From the IMG/VR virus record IMGVR_UViG_3300002835_000015, positions 32,001-96,000 of that record: a DNA stretch of 64,000 nt. The stretch is one strand, 5' to 3'. The notes below the pieces were generated by a model. That model did not search any database. It was not told the DNA's origin and saw only the letters and a program-made list of their open reading frames with translations. Of this stretch, positions 50,608-60,997 are shown in pieces. The stretch is from a virus. Each line of letters opens with the position of its first letter. Positions within the stretch are counted from its first letter, which is position 1. The position numbers were made by a program, and so were the translations under genes.

Positions 50608-51291
50608 TTATTGTTCCTTTGTTATTAATTTGCATAGCTCTATAAATCTCTCTTGACTTAATTCCCACTTCATTTTATTTATATCTTTGTGTAACCACTG
50701 GATATTGTCTGTCGTATACCCTAGATCACTGTTTATTCTGTCTAATGATGCGGTTTGTACTGTTGGTTTTTCTCCAAACTTTGGGAATTGTAATTCTAAT
50801 CCAGACAAAGAACATTTTCTATTTTGCATTTTAAATTGTTGCCATAGATCATCAACAGTAATTTGAAAATTAATCTTTCTTTTTTTCGCTCCATGCTTTA
50901 ATGAATAAAAATACCTTGCTGGTATAGTGTGATGTTTTCTATTATTTTCTATTGCTATTTGGAATTTTGAACTTTTAGTGTGTTCTCTCTCTGTAATTCC
51001 ATGTTTTTCTAGAGCCTTTTTTACTATAGCTTTTCTTTGAAATCCTGCAAGTATAGCTACGTCTTTTAGACTTAAATTTTGTTTGATATAATACTCTTCA
51101 AGGAATTCTTTGGTCAATATTTTAGAACTATCTTTTAAGTTAGATCTATACAGGCCATATTTTTTTATATATTGACTTATTGAATTATGAGAATTGATAT
51201 TGAATTCTTTAGCTATTTGGTTAATGCTCTTTCTTTGTTTAATATAATGCTCTTCAAGAAATTCTTTGGTTAAAAGATCTTTTGGTTTCAT
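50608..51291 (-). CDS. Free-standing HNH-like homing endonuclease with duplicated HTH
   Basis: LTKEFLEExYIKQ twice; CSLSG...SLDRINSDLGY..DNIQW....N. Likely start MKPKD with AAGGAG SD. Confidence 0.7.
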   Translation of the reverse strand: MKPKDLLTKEFLEEHYIKQRKSINQIAKEFNINSHNSISQYIKKYGLYRSNLKDSSKILTKEFLEEYYIKQNLSLKDVAILAGFQRKAIVKKALEKHGITEREHTKSSKFQIAIENNRKHHTIPARYFYSLKHGAKKRKINFQITVDDLWQQFKMQNRKCSLSGLELQFPKFGEKPTVQTASLDRINSDLGYTTDNIQWLHKDINKMKWELSQERFIELCKLITKEQ

Positions 51292-51344
51292 ATTATGCTC
51301 CTTAGTGAAGGACTTTAGTACATAATATGTATACACATAAAATA

Positions 51345-52085
51345 CTAATTTCTCCAAAAGGTATTATTCTTGAGTTCGTCACATAGAACTTCTAGTGTCA
51401 TATTATGATTATCAATTACTGTATCAAAATTGTGCCAATCAAATCTGTCGCTATCTAATGATGATTCTGATTCAGAATCACTATTGAACATGTTCCTAGT
51501 TAATCTTATAACTATTCCGCCATTGTCCTTGATAGCCTTGACTTCGTTTGGGAATCTAACATCTGGAACAATAGCCAACTGAGAATCTTCATTTAGTATT
51601 TTGTTTATTGTTGCGTGTACCCAAGCATCTGACTTAACCCGTCTTATTATTTTAGTTCCAAAGTATTCTAAAAACTCTCTATGAGTCATATTTCCAGTTT
51701 TATTTGTTGGGGTTGGCATTTCTTCCCATAGAAATGGGGTATGTTCATTCTTTTGATCGTCAGTGCCATATACATTCTTAGAATTGAGTCCAAATAAATT
51801 AACTGACATGTCTTTCAAGTAATCTGCGAAATGGTACACCTTGACATAAGGCCACAATTCTTTTTCTGCATACTCAATAAAAATTGAGTCTTTTCTAGTA
51901 ACATCAAATATTCCATATCCACTTGTTCCAGTTATATCCTGAGTATTTATTAGTAGGTTGCCATCGTCGCTGATAGCAAAATCATTAATCATAGACCTTT
52001 CTTTCAGCACTTGGCCATTAATATAATTCGCTACTGTGTTTTTACCAGACTGTTTTCTACCAGAAATCCCAATAATTTTAACCAT
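51345..52085 (-). CDS. Deoxynucleoside monophosphate kinase
   Basis: GISGRKQSGKNT P-loop, HFAD.LK, PDVRFPNE. Confidence 0.85.
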   Translation of the reverse strand: MVKIIGISGRKQSGKNTVANYINGQVLKERSMINDFAISDDGNLLINTQDITGTSGYGIFDVTRKDSIFIEYAEKELWPYVKVYHFADYLKDMSVNLFGLNSKNVYGTDDQKNEHTPFLWEEMPTPTNKTGNMTHREFLEYFGTKIIRRVKSDAWVHATINKILNEDSQLAIVPDVRFPNEVKAIKDNGGIVIRLTRNMFNSDSESESSLDSDRFDWHNFDTVIDNHNMTLEVLCDELKNNTFWRN

Positions 52086-53118
52086 TTATTGTTCCCCTAA
52101 CCTGTGGTATGATAATATTCTGTATTTGTTCGACTCTCATCTCGCCAACGTCTTTGGTTGGTATTTTGGGGAAAGATAACTTATACATTCTACCCAATTG
52201 TCTTTGGAGTTGAACTTTTGCCTCTCGACCCGCTTGATCATTGTCTAGTAAGACTATTATATGAGTGAGGGGCATTTTAGACAGTTTTAATTCTTGTTCT
52301 TTGCTAAGATTCCTACCAAAAAGACTCATTGACTGAGTAATACCAGCTTCATATAGTCTCCAAACATCGCCCTGTCCTTCTACTAGAAATAATGATGATG
52401 TTTGTTTAACACTTTCTATAGCTCGGTGATAGTTATAAAAGAAATATCTCTTATCAAACCCCTTTGGGTCTAGAAGAAACTTTGGGCTTCTATATTCTTT
52501 TATAGACCTTGCTATACAAGCTATTACTTTATCGCCCGTATCATTATGAATGGGGACTACTGATCTTTCGTATAATTTTGATCCACGATCATAACAATCT
52601 CCAACATCAAAATGAACTAAAGTTTCTGGTTTGAATCCCCTAGATATAAAATATTGTGACGGTGTTTTTACGCATTCTTCTATTTCAATTGCTGGATAAT
52701 TATCATCTAGTTTAACTTTAGAGTTTATTGTGTTTACTAGTTTATTAAAGTCATCTTCTTTTATTGGTTCTTTAACAATAGTTTTTTGAGATGAGCTTCT
52801 ATCTTTTTTGATACCTAGAAAATCACACGCCCATTTTAGAGCATCAGAAAATTCAGCCTCTACTCCAATCTCCTTTGAAAGTGATCCTCTTATAACTCCA
52901 AATATATCATTCCTGTATTGTTGCTGACAATCTCTAGTCCAGCATTTCCATATGCCTTTATCTTTAGAGAATGAGAATGCTCTTGGGTTATCGCTGCCTT
53001 CGTGGACAGGACAATTACAATAGATGTTATCTCCCAAAACTTCGTATTTCATACCTAGTTTTGAGAATACTTCTTCTGATTGCTCGTTAAGACTATTCTT
53101 GATCTTCTGCAAGTCCAT
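52078..53118 (-). CDS. dnaG: DNA primase (CHC2 zinc finger + TOPRIM)
   Basis: CPVH...WKCWTRDC; LVEGQGD; DNDQAG; KDVGE. Confidence 0.88.
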   Translation of the reverse strand: MDLQKIKNSLNEQSEEVFSKLGMKYEVLGDNIYCNCPVHEGSDNPRAFSFSKDKGIWKCWTRDCQQQYRNDIFGVIRGSLSKEIGVEAEFSDALKWACDFLGIKKDRSSSQKTIVKEPIKEDDFNKLVNTINSKVKLDDNYPAIEIEECVKTPSQYFISRGFKPETLVHFDVGDCYDRGSKLYERSVVPIHNDTGDKVIACIARSIKEYRSPKFLLDPKGFDKRYFFYNYHRAIESVKQTSSLFLVEGQGDVWRLYEAGITQSMSLFGRNLSKEQELKLSKMPLTHIIVLLDNDQAGREAKVQLQRQLGRMYKLSFPKIPTKDVGEMRVEQIQNIIIPQVRGTING

Positions 53119-54559
53119 TAATTTTTAGCTTATCTAATGTATTCTGATCTACCATACCAGTATCTCCAACTGGTTGATTCTTAAATTCATTACGTGTTTT
53201 AAGTTCTCTTAACTTGGCGTGAGATCCCTGCATTACCATGTTGATATAATCACCATCGTCCAAACCTCCACCATGCCTTGAAACAATTGGCACAAGCTTC
53301 CTATTGCCAGCATTTGGCCCATCTTCTGCTAGTTCTTCTGGAGATTTGATTTTGAATATACTGAATGATGTACATAGCCAAATCAATCTGTCCGATCCAG
53401 AAACAGCGTCTGTGCTTTCTTTTGTTATGCCGTCACGGTTCAATTGTACAAAGGACAAGCATGGTATGTCAAGCTTGACGCAAAGATTATGTAGCGATGT
53501 AATCTGAAAACCAAGTGCTTGGTACTCTTGTATATTATTAGTAATAGAAGTGGATGACATTAACTTAAGATAATCATATATAATAAGACAGTTATTTGTC
53601 TTGCCATTATCACCCATCTTGACTTCTTGCATAACCCAACGTTTAATTAGGTTAAGTATTTGTTCAAATGGTTTTCCAGCAACGCTAACATAACTATAAG
53701 GTATAGACTCAATCTTTTCAATTGCTTCCATTACCTTGCGTCGTTTTTCTTCATCTTCTGTAAACTTACCAGTGGCTACTTCATTGATTGGAACTCCACT
53801 TATGTTTGCCAATAGTCTATTTAAATGATCTTCCTTACTCATTTCAGTATCTAACATCAATACTGGAACTCCACCAGAAGATACATTTAATGCTACATTA
53901 TCAGCGAACACGCTTTTCCCAACTTTGGGTCGTGCTGATATTAAATCAACACACTTCCTTCGCAATCCACCGCCAATTGCTTCATCATACTTGTTGAAGC
54001 CGGTTGGAATGCCTATAATGTCACATTTATTTTCTTCTAGAAACTGTATATAATCTTTGGCATCCTTGCCAATCTTTTCTGGAAGATCGCCGCTATCATC
54101 TTCCCTTAAGAAATCAGTAACTGGATTCTCCAGTATTTGTATAATCTCATTTATAGACTCAGCACCAGTAACACTATCTACATCTTTATGAATTTTTGCA
54201 GTAAGACCTTTTATCTTACGTGCAAATTCAAACTTCTTCATCTGTATTGCAAAGCTAAACACATTATCTTTGTTGATTGGGAAGTCCATTAAAGACTTAA
54301 TATACTTCAACTCTTGATCTGTGTTTATGCTTTCAGAAAGATTCAACTGATCTGCTGCCGACAGTATTGATGGTATATCTACTTTCTGATCGTTGAGAAT
54401 AACCTTTTCAATGCACTTAAACAATATTTGATTATTCAAATGTCCGAAAGTATCTTGACTCACTACGTCAGATATAGCTACATATCCATCTATACCGTGC
54501 TGCAATAGTCCAGCTAAAACGGCTCTTTCTGATCCAATATCAGTTAGTTTAACTTCCAT
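53093..54559 (-). CDS. dnaB: Replicative DNA helicase
   Basis: SERAVLAGLL, ARPKVGKS, DTEM, YDYLKL, QLNR. Likely start MEVKL at 54559. Confidence 0.92.
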   Translation of the reverse strand: MEVKLTDIGSERAVLAGLLQHGIDGYVAISDVVSQDTFGHLNNQILFKCIEKVILNDQKVDIPSILSAADQLNLSESINTDQELKYIKSLMDFPINKDNVFSFAIQMKKFEFARKIKGLTAKIHKDVDSVTGAESINEIIQILENPVTDFLREDDSGDLPEKIGKDAKDYIQFLEENKCDIIGIPTGFNKYDEAIGGGLRRKCVDLISARPKVGKSVFADNVALNVSSGGVPVLMLDTEMSKEDHLNRLLANISGVPINEVATGKFTEDEEKRRKVMEAIEKIESIPYSYVSVAGKPFEQILNLIKRWVMQEVKMGDNGKTNNCLIIYDYLKLMSSTSITNNIQEYQALGFQITSLHNLCVKLDIPCLSFVQLNRDGITKESTDAVSGSDRLIWLCTSFSIFKIKSPEELAEDGPNAGNRKLVPIVSRHGGGLDDGDYINMVMQGSHAKLRELKTRNEFKNQPVGDTGMVDQNTLDKLKINGLAEDQE

Positions 54560-54560
54560 A

Positions 54561-54980
54561 TTATTTGCCGGTGCATCGATTGCAACGGTAGTAATCTCCA
54601 TGAACAAACTTGGGATCTTCCTTGAATGATTTTCCACAAACGTGGCACTCTACTTCTACTCTTTTATGTGGTTGACGGCGACGGGGTGTTCTCTCAAACT
54701 GTGGAGTTTCTACATCCTTAAACTCGCCCGTGTCTTTCCACTCGTTCTTTCTGGCTCTCACGGCTTCTTTTCTCCTAGTATTAGAATTACTATCCTGCTT
54801 AAAAACAGTAAAATCTTCATTCACGCTTGCAGGAGGCGTGGAAGATTGTATTTTCTTTATGCTTTCCTTTTTCACTTCTTTTGGAACGCTGGCTACGGTT
54901 GGACTATCACCAACTAGTGCTTTTAATAAAGCTTGCTTTTGCTCATCGTTAAGCATATTTATAAAATCGTTCATACTCAT
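54561..54980 (-). CDS. Hypothetical protein with C-terminal zinc ribbon
   Basis: CHVCGK...CNRC. Confidence 0.6.
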   Translation of the reverse strand: MSMNDFINMLNDEQKQALLKALVGDSPTVASVPKEVKKESIKKIQSSTPPASVNEDFTVFKQDSNSNTRRKEAVRARKNEWKDTGEFKDVETPQFERTPRRRQPHKRVEVECHVCGKSFKEDPKFVHGDYYRCNRCTGK

Positions 54981-55453
54981 GATCGTTTACCTTTCTCAAG
55001 TAGTATATCGGCTTTTCTCTTTAGTTCAAATACTTTACCATCTAATGATTGTAGCCTAGCCTCTGCTACTTCTCTCATATTTTCTAGCGATGCAGCATAT
55101 GAATTACTATTAGCTAATATGTGCTTCTTAGATTCGTGCTTAGTATACTGACCAAACTCTTGACTATTCTTAACAATTAGCTTTTCCATTTGATCATTGC
55201 ACCAGTTCAATGCCACTTTATTCTTACTTATTTCGTCTTGAATGTAGGTAGCGTAACCATATAAAAGATATGCGGCATCAAATAGTTCTGTTTGTGTTAA
55301 CTTCCTAAGTTGATCAGAGGACATATCTGCTACAAACAAATATTCTTCTCTAAAAGAAGAGAACTTTGTATTACTCAAATTTATATAGTCATTAATTGAT
55401 GCTATATATTCTGCTAACTTATCAGATGCCTTTAATTCTTTGTCGCCACTCAT
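54977..55453 (-). CDS. Coiled-coil protein, possible UvsY-like recombination mediator
   Basis: 158-aa helical ORF near recA; assignment by size and context only. Confidence 0.35.
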   Translation of the reverse strand: MSGDKELKASDKLAEYIASINDYINLSNTKFSSFREEYLFVADMSSDQLRKLTQTELFDAAYLLYGYATYIQDEISKNKVALNWCNDQMEKLIVKNSQEFGQYTKHESKKHILANSNSYAASLENMREVAEARLQSLDGKVFELKRKADILLEKGKRS

Positions 55454-55844
55454 CGTCGCTTTCTGAATATTTTAGGGTTATTAGTTCAATTCCATTCAAC
55501 TCACACCAGTTTATCTTATCATCGTCACGAACTTGACCTTTTATGAAGTCTGCTTTGCTCCTATGAAAGAATGGATTGTACTCATAGTGCTGCTCTCCAT
55601 GAACCTCAACCCCCAGTTTAATAGAAGGAATATAAAAGTCAAGGTACAGTACAGATTTTCTATGTAAGGCTGTGCTTCCCGGTAACTTTACTTCTTCTAG
55701 TATTCTATAACTATTGTAGATTTCTTTTAGTAAGTTTCTAGCCCGAATATGATATTTAGATCGCTTACGCTTGTCATCATTAAAAACATCATATCCAGTT
55801 AGATTCCACGCATATTCTTTACCATTTATGCCGGTAACTTTCAA
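55422..55844 (-). CDS. DUF559/Vsr-like endonuclease
   Basis: LYLDFYIP...VEVHGEQHY...RDDDK..WC..NGI.L. Confidence 0.75.
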   Translation of the reverse strand: MKVTGINGKEYAWNLTGYDVFNDDKRKRSKYHIRARNLLKEIYNSYRILEEVKLPGSTALHRKSVLYLDFYIPSIKLGVEVHGEQHYEYNPFFHRSKADFIKGQVRDDDKINWCELNGIELITLKYSESDDEWRQRIKGI

Positions 55845-56947
55845 TGAAGCTCCTTTATCTTGTTATAAATAAATGATGAAATTGCTAGATTGCCATTCAA
55901 GAATTCTGCTACGTTGTTAACGCCTTGAAACTTAAAGAATCTTTCTATTTCGTCTGGAGTCTTGCCTATCTGGTTTTCTTCTAGCACCTTAGAAACAATG
56001 GGATTTTCTGGTTCATCTACGGCACACTGTATAGTATACCAAGCACCAGCCGCTTTGATAAGTCTAAACTCACAGGCAATCTGAATTATCTCTTGTACTT
56101 CGTCAACTCCAACCCCGTACTTAATCCAACTTTCTGCTGTACTATTTGGCCTACCGCCAGCGGTTGATGTTTTTATTACCCAGTTTGCTATCTGACCAAC
56201 GTGTACACCAGTATCTTTTGGAACTTGCCACTTTCCGCGATGGGTGATCACCATGTTTGTACCGGCTTGATATTGTAACATGTTTCCACAATCTGCCATT
56301 TTTTGTGGTGCATATGGAGATCCACCAGTATTAGCAATATTGTGAGTGATACAAATTAGTATAGTCTTATTCTTCATAAGCGTACCACTGATACGCTTGA
56401 AAAACATGGAGAGTAATCTAGGCAAAGCATTTCTTACGCCAGTTCTAACTTCTCCCTCTAGTTCACACGCAGGAACCATGTTAGATAGTGAATCCGTAAT
56501 TATAACACAGCCGGGATCATTATTAATATAAAACTCAATAATGTTTAAGAAGTCTTCAGCAGATAGAACTCTCTCGTCGGTTGATTCTATAATGATGATG
56601 TTATCTGGCTCTAGACCTCTAATACCATCAAAGTTTTGCTTAGATAGTCTACCCTCTGTGTTTATATAAATGATTCTCTTACTGAGCTTTTGACATTTGG
56701 CAGCAAAGTGCAAAGCTGTGGTGGTCTTTCCGCTCTTTGGATCTCCTGTCATTACTACAACAGACCCCTCTCTTAGTCCACCACCAAGAGCAATATCTAA
56801 TGCTGGAGATATGCCTATAACTCCAAGATTATTTATATTTTGAAGAACCTCCGTTCCGCTCCTAACAACATCGCCATATTTACTAACTATTGAATTGCTA
56901 ACTGCATCTTCTGAAAACTTACCTGTTATCTTCTTGGCTTTGCTCAT
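55841..56947 (-). CDS. recA: RecA/UvsX recombinase
   Basis: LDIALGGGL, GDPKSGKTT, YINTE, ITDSL. Confidence 0.88.
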   Translation of the reverse strand: MSKAKKITGKFSEDAVSNSIVSKYGDVVRSGTEVLQNINNLGVIGISPALDIALGGGLREGSVVVMTGDPKSGKTTTALHFAAKCQKLSKRIIYINTEGRLSKQNFDGIRGLEPDNIIIIESTDERVLSAEDFLNIIEFYINNDPGCVIITDSLSNMVPACELEGEVRTGVRNALPRLLSMFFKRISGTLMKNKTILICITHNIANTGGSPYAPQKMADCGNMLQYQAGTNMVITHRGKWQVPKDTGVHVGQIANWVIKTSTAGGRPNSTAESWIKYGVGVDEVQEIIQIACEFRLIKAAGAWYTIQCAVDEPENPIVSKVLEENQIGKTPDEIERFFKFQGVNNVAEFLNGNLAISSFIYNKIKELH

Positions 56948-57465
56948 AAATTCCTCAATTGGTTCAACGTTGTCCTTTTTGTATTATAGCTGCTAGACGA
57001 TCTAGTTTCAAGCGGTTTATTTTCTTCTTTAACTTCGAGATTGACTTGGGGTTTATTTTGTTCTTCCTCAATCTTCTTTTGATATTTTGCAATTACTTTT
57101 TCTGCTTCTGGACTAATCTTATATCCTCTACCGTTTTGCACCCCAAGTACTAATAGTCTATCAAAGTCTTTTGACTTTATGGCTTGTAATATAGCTTCTT
57201 CGCTATATTTTTTTCTAAGCTGAACCGCAGCACCATGCTGTTTCTTCCACAGCCAATGTAGAGGATCACCTTTGGTCCAGAACTTATATGAAGGCTTGCC
57301 CAAGTTCAACTTCTCTGATCTTCTTAAAACTATATATTCTGCAACGTATGCTTCAAAAGTGCAATATTCACCAGTATGAATATGCTTGTACTTATGAGTT
57401 TCAGACCATTGCTTTTGATAGTCTTGATTAAAAAGGTCAGGCTTCTCTTTTTTTGGTGTAGTCAT
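56944..57465 (-). CDS. Hypothetical protein
   Basis: 173-aa ORF overlapping its neighbours in the operon. Confidence 0.6.
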   Translation of the reverse strand: MTTPKKEKPDLFNQDYQKQWSETHKYKHIHTGEYCTFEAYVAEYIVLRRSEKLNLGKPSYKFWTKGDPLHWLWKKQHGAAVQLRKKYSEEAILQAIKSKDFDRLLVLGVQNGRGYKISPEAEKVIAKYQKKIEEEQNKPQVNLEVKEENKPLETRSSSSYNTKRTTLNQLRNL

Positions 57466-57871
57466 ATATTAATGCTTCCTCAAAACAATCCTCAACATTA
57501 TCTTCGTCTTCTAATTCTTTAATCAATTCTGGGATAACCCAAATAGTTTTCTTAACAATATCATCGTGTAACATACCAATAGTAAATGTTTGGCGTGTTG
57601 ATTGACCGAATGATCCTATGATGGATCGTGTCAAGTATACACCATCTGAGTTTAGTGTGTCAACCTCTATAGAATGAGATCGGTACTGTAGCCCAACTTT
57701 CTTTACTGATAACTTGTTTTCTTTGCAATATGTTTTTAGTTCAAACCAATCTGAATAATCTGTTAGATATATCTCTAAATCATTAGATAAGATTGCTCTT
57801 ATCCAAGTCTTATACTTATCTTTTTTATACTCTTCAAGCCAATCTTTATATGATATTATGAAGTTTTTCAT
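57437..57871 (-). CDS. Hypothetical protein
   Basis: 144-aa ORF, ATGA overlap with the upstream gene. Confidence 0.6.
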   Translation of the reverse strand: MKNFIISYKDWLEEYKKDKYKTWIRAILSNDLEIYLTDYSDWFELKTYCKENKLSVKKVGLQYRSHSIEVDTLNSDGVYLTRSIIGSFGQSTRQTFTIGMLHDDIVKKTIWVIPELIKELEDEDNVEDCFEEALIYDYTKKREA

Positions 57872-58152
57872 CTGATCTTGGTCACGCAGTCGTGTTTTAC
57901 TGGGGTAGTCTTTTTATTCTCATCTATCATTGTAGATGCATTTTCAGTCATTATGGTAGCACCGCTCTGACGGGCAAATTGCTGATCAATCAAAGTTCTT
58001 GGTGCTTCGACTTTACTCTTTTTTATATATTTTTCTATAGCACCAGCTGCTCTATCTAAATCTGTTGCTATTTGTTCTATTGATTGTCCAGATTTAAATT
58101 TTTCCTCAACATAAAAAGCTTCTGCTTTACCAAGCGGTCCTGTCTTAGCCAT
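57868..58152 (-). CDS. Small HTH DNA-binding protein
   Basis: GQSIEQIATDLDRAAGAIEKYI; AAGGAG SD. Confidence 0.6.
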   Translation of the reverse strand: MAKTGPLGKAEAFYVEEKFKSGQSIEQIATDLDRAAGAIEKYIKKSKVEAPRTLIDQQFARQSGATIMTENASTMIDENKKTTPVKHDCVTKIR

Positions 58153-58492
58153 TAATGAAACTCCTTTGCGCTCTTGTCATATATAATGAGTTTTTGGTTT
58201 TTAAGTACGATGTATAATAACTGTGAGTTTGCTTACTAACGGGCTTGTATTCTAATCTTAGATTTGATTCTCTATGACTATCAGCACCATAAGGATCATA
58301 TGGTTGATTATTAAAAGTAAGAATAGCATATTTCATCTGAATTCTTCCTTCTCCCATATCTGTTGTAATAGTTTTAGCAAAAATTCTTTCTGACTCATCT
58401 GCAATTGGTAAACCCAACTTATTCAATGATACTTCATGAATTTCTTTTTTATCAATATTTTCAACACTATCTGATGAATTTATAAACTTCAT
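58145..58492 (-). CDS. Hypothetical protein
   Basis: 115-aa ORF in the operon. Confidence 0.6.
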   Translation of the reverse strand: MKFINSSDSVENIDKKEIHEVSLNKLGLPIADESERIFAKTITTDMGEGRIQMKYAILTFNNQPYDPYGADSHRESNLRLEYKPVSKQTHSYYTSYLKTKNSLYMTRAQRSFING

Positions 58493-58839
58493 TTTTCACC
58501 TGTCATTATGTATTTAGTTCTTTGAGTCTCAGTCATTTTATTTATCTCTTTTTTAGATGCGGACCCAAAAGTAGAAAGTGGAGAAGATTCCTGTGTATTC
58601 TTTTTAGAATTTGCTTCTATTTCAGATCTTTCATAGTGTCCTTTTTTGGACCAATTTTTGTCTGCCAAACTACCTATTGTTTTAGGATCAGACATAAAAG
58701 AAGCTATGCCACCATATATTACCCTTCTCAGACCATCTTTTCCACAACTTGGGCATTGTGTAAAAGCTTCATCTTTAATAGATTGGTAAACGTCATTCAT
58801 TTCATGCGAACATTCGTCGCAGATATAATCATATAGCAT
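58489..58839 (-). CDS. FmdB-family zinc ribbon protein
   Basis: MLYDYICDECSH...CPSCG...LRRVI. Confidence 0.8.
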   Translation of the reverse strand: MLYDYICDECSHEMNDVYQSIKDEAFTQCPSCGKDGLRRVIYGGIASFMSDPKTIGSLADKNWSKKGHYERSEIEANSKKNTQESSPLSTFGSASKKEINKMTETQRTKYIMTGEK

Positions 58840-58840
58840 A

Positions 58841-59518
58841 TTATTCCTTATCTATTGAATTAGCCCACATCTTCATTTTTGATACCATATCCTCATGCAT
58901 AGTTGCATGTAAAATTATCCCATCATTTTCACTGTTTTCATTATACCTCTTATCATGTAAATGTACATTATAGATAAAAGGTAACTGACATGTTTTTTCG
59001 AACAAGTCTTTTTTTTCTTTAGTAATTGGATTTCTGAACATTACATCTATAAGAGATCCTTGTTCCCACCATAGTGGATCTATAGAATTTTTGTTATTCC
59101 ATATATCATTTAATAGCGATATACATTCCTGTTTTAAAACCCAAGCCCCACAATTTGGAACATTAAAATTAATGCCCGGAATTTGATGAAAAACCAAGCC
59201 TTGGATGTAAGATGATTCAAAAAAACCATCAAAAATATCTTTAGAAGTTTTGTTTATAATAATATCTGAGTCTAACCATAAAACCAAATCATATTTTTCT
59301 ATTTCTAATAAATATTTTAGTATTGGAATTTTTAACCAAGACGGTGGCCTTTCATGATCCCAATCAAATAAGTTACATATAGCTTTTACTTTTTCATGTG
59401 ATGGCATGAACAAATCATAATTATGCTTTGTGGCATATTTATAAAATGATGGTAGAGCTATTTGCAACAAATTTGAATGCTTGTCCCCTAGTGCAAAACT
59501 AACAATTGCTTTTTTCAT
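58841..59518 (-). CDS. Glycosyltransferase GT34-like (GMA12/MNN10)
   Basis: YATKHNY, SWLKI, LWLDSD, NCG, WEQ. Confidence 0.8.
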   Translation of the reverse strand: MKKAIVSFALGDKHSNLLQIALPSFYKYATKHNYDLFMPSHEKVKAICNLFDWDHERPPSWLKIPILKYLLEIEKYDLVLWLDSDIIINKTSKDIFDGFFESSYIQGLVFHQIPGINFNVPNCGAWVLKQECISLLNDIWNNKNSIDPLWWEQGSLIDVMFRNPITKEKKDLFEKTCQLPFIYNVHLHDKRYNENSENDGIILHATMHEDMVSKMKMWANSIDKE

Positions 59519-59535
59519 GACTTCCTTATATTTAA

Positions 59536-60213
59536 CTAAGATTCAAGTGCAAATAAAACCGCACCTAATATACCATTTCTCTGTATATCTTGATAATCTA
59601 ATCCACAAACTCCAACACCATTTATGCCAGATAATTTAGTTATACATTCTATTAATCCATTACCGTGATATAAGTCAGTTTGCTTAGTATCGCCATTGAT
59701 CATAACTTTAGACTTTTCGCCCATTCTTGTAATAAACATTTTTATCTGTTCTAATGTACAATTTTGTGCTTCATCTAGAATCATGTAAGCATTATGGAAT
59801 GTAGAACCTCTCATGGTTTCTAATGGTTCAAATCTAATTCTTCTAGTATTATAATAAAGACCAAATTTATCTCTACCAAGAAAGTACTTTAGATTTTCTT
59901 CCATTGGTTGTAGGTATGGTTTTATTTTCTCATTAAGTTCTCCCGGTAAAGAGCCAATGTCTTTTCCGGTACAAACTAACGGTCGTGTTACTATTATAGA
60001 ATCTATTTTATCCTTTAACAAGTGGTCCGCAGCTATTCCAGCAGCGATAAATGACTTACCAGTACCAGAAGGTCCGGTGCAGAATATAATATCATTCTCT
60101 ACAATAGATCTGATATATTCTTTTTGATTGTCAGTTTTAGCAACTAGAACATTGTCTTTTGGTTGATTCTTGTTTTTCTTATTTTTTCTCGGATTGTTGG
60201 CCGCTGCTGACAT
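59536..60213 (-). CDS. phoH: PhoH-family ATPase
   Basis: GPSGTGKS, LPG, MRGSTF, ILDEAQN, GDTKQTD. Likely start MSAAAN at 60213. Confidence 0.92.
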   Translation of the reverse strand: MSAAANNPRKNKKNKNQPKDNVLVAKTDNQKEYIRSIVENDIIFCTGPSGTGKSFIAAGIAADHLLKDKIDSIIVTRPLVCTGKDIGSLPGELNEKIKPYLQPMEENLKYFLGRDKFGLYYNTRRIRFEPLETMRGSTFHNAYMILDEAQNCTLEQIKMFITRMGEKSKVMINGDTKQTDLYHGNGLIECITKLSGINGVGVCGLDYQDIQRNGILGAVLFALES

Positions 60214-60934
60214 TGATTTCTCCATTGTTACATGGGGGGTTGTTTTCATACCACCATTTTATAGACTTTATCATGTCCTCAAACGACTTTAATCCCAATG
60301 ATTGTTTGAAGGAATTTATTCCAAATATACACCATATTACATTCCCCTTCACATAACCATCTGTCGGTTCGATTCTATCCAAAGATGGACCATCCCACGA
60401 TTGAAATCCATCCTGCTTCATAGAATTTTTCATAGGTATGTTTGAATAAAAACAGTGTCCATTTTGTTTTTTCCATAGATCAATAAGATATTCTATATCT
60501 AAATCAAATTTAATACCATTTTTTTCTGCTCTAGATTTTATCGTACCAATACGTCTTTTAATATAGAATTCAAAATCTCCATTTTCAATAGCAAATTTAA
60601 ATCTACGAGATCTAGATCGATTACATCTAATAACTGATTTTTCTTTGTTATAGCATTCTCGACATTCTTTTGAAACGCCTCCAGAAAGCTTACGACTTTT
60701 GTTAAAAAGGCTTAAATCTTTCCATTGTTTGCATTTATAACATCTTTTTGAATTTTCTACAACAGTAGGGCATTTATGTTTTGCATAAGCATTTCTACAC
60801 TCTCTATGTATATTTGAGTAACAATTATCACAAGTCACTACTATTTTTGAATGAGAACCTTTGTGCAAATCTGAAACTTTGTAACCAAAAGTTGCTAATG
60901 TCAATTCTTCATTAGGTGTAACGTCTGATAGCAT
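60179..60934 (-). CDS. Free-standing HNH-like homing endonuclease with zinc fingers
   Basis: CDNC, CYKC, CREC; CFYS...SLDRIEPTDGYVKGNV....IN. Likely start MLSDV with GGAG SD. Confidence 0.7.
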   Translation of the reverse strand: MLSDVTPNEELTLATFGYKVSDLHKGSHSKIVVTCDNCYSNIHRECRNAYAKHKCPTVVENSKRCYKCKQWKDLSLFNKSRKLSGGVSKECRECYNKEKSVIRCNRSRSRRFKFAIENGDFEFYIKRRIGTIKSRAEKNGIKFDLDIEYLIDLWKKQNGHCFYSNIPMKNSMKQDGFQSWDGPSLDRIEPTDGYVKGNVIWCIFGINSFKQSLGLKSFEDMIKSIKWWYENNPPCNNGEINVSSGQQSEKK

Positions 60935-60997
60935 AATATTTCTCCATGCGGTTTGAAAAATCATACTATTTTATACACCAAAAAGGTCATAAAGCCT

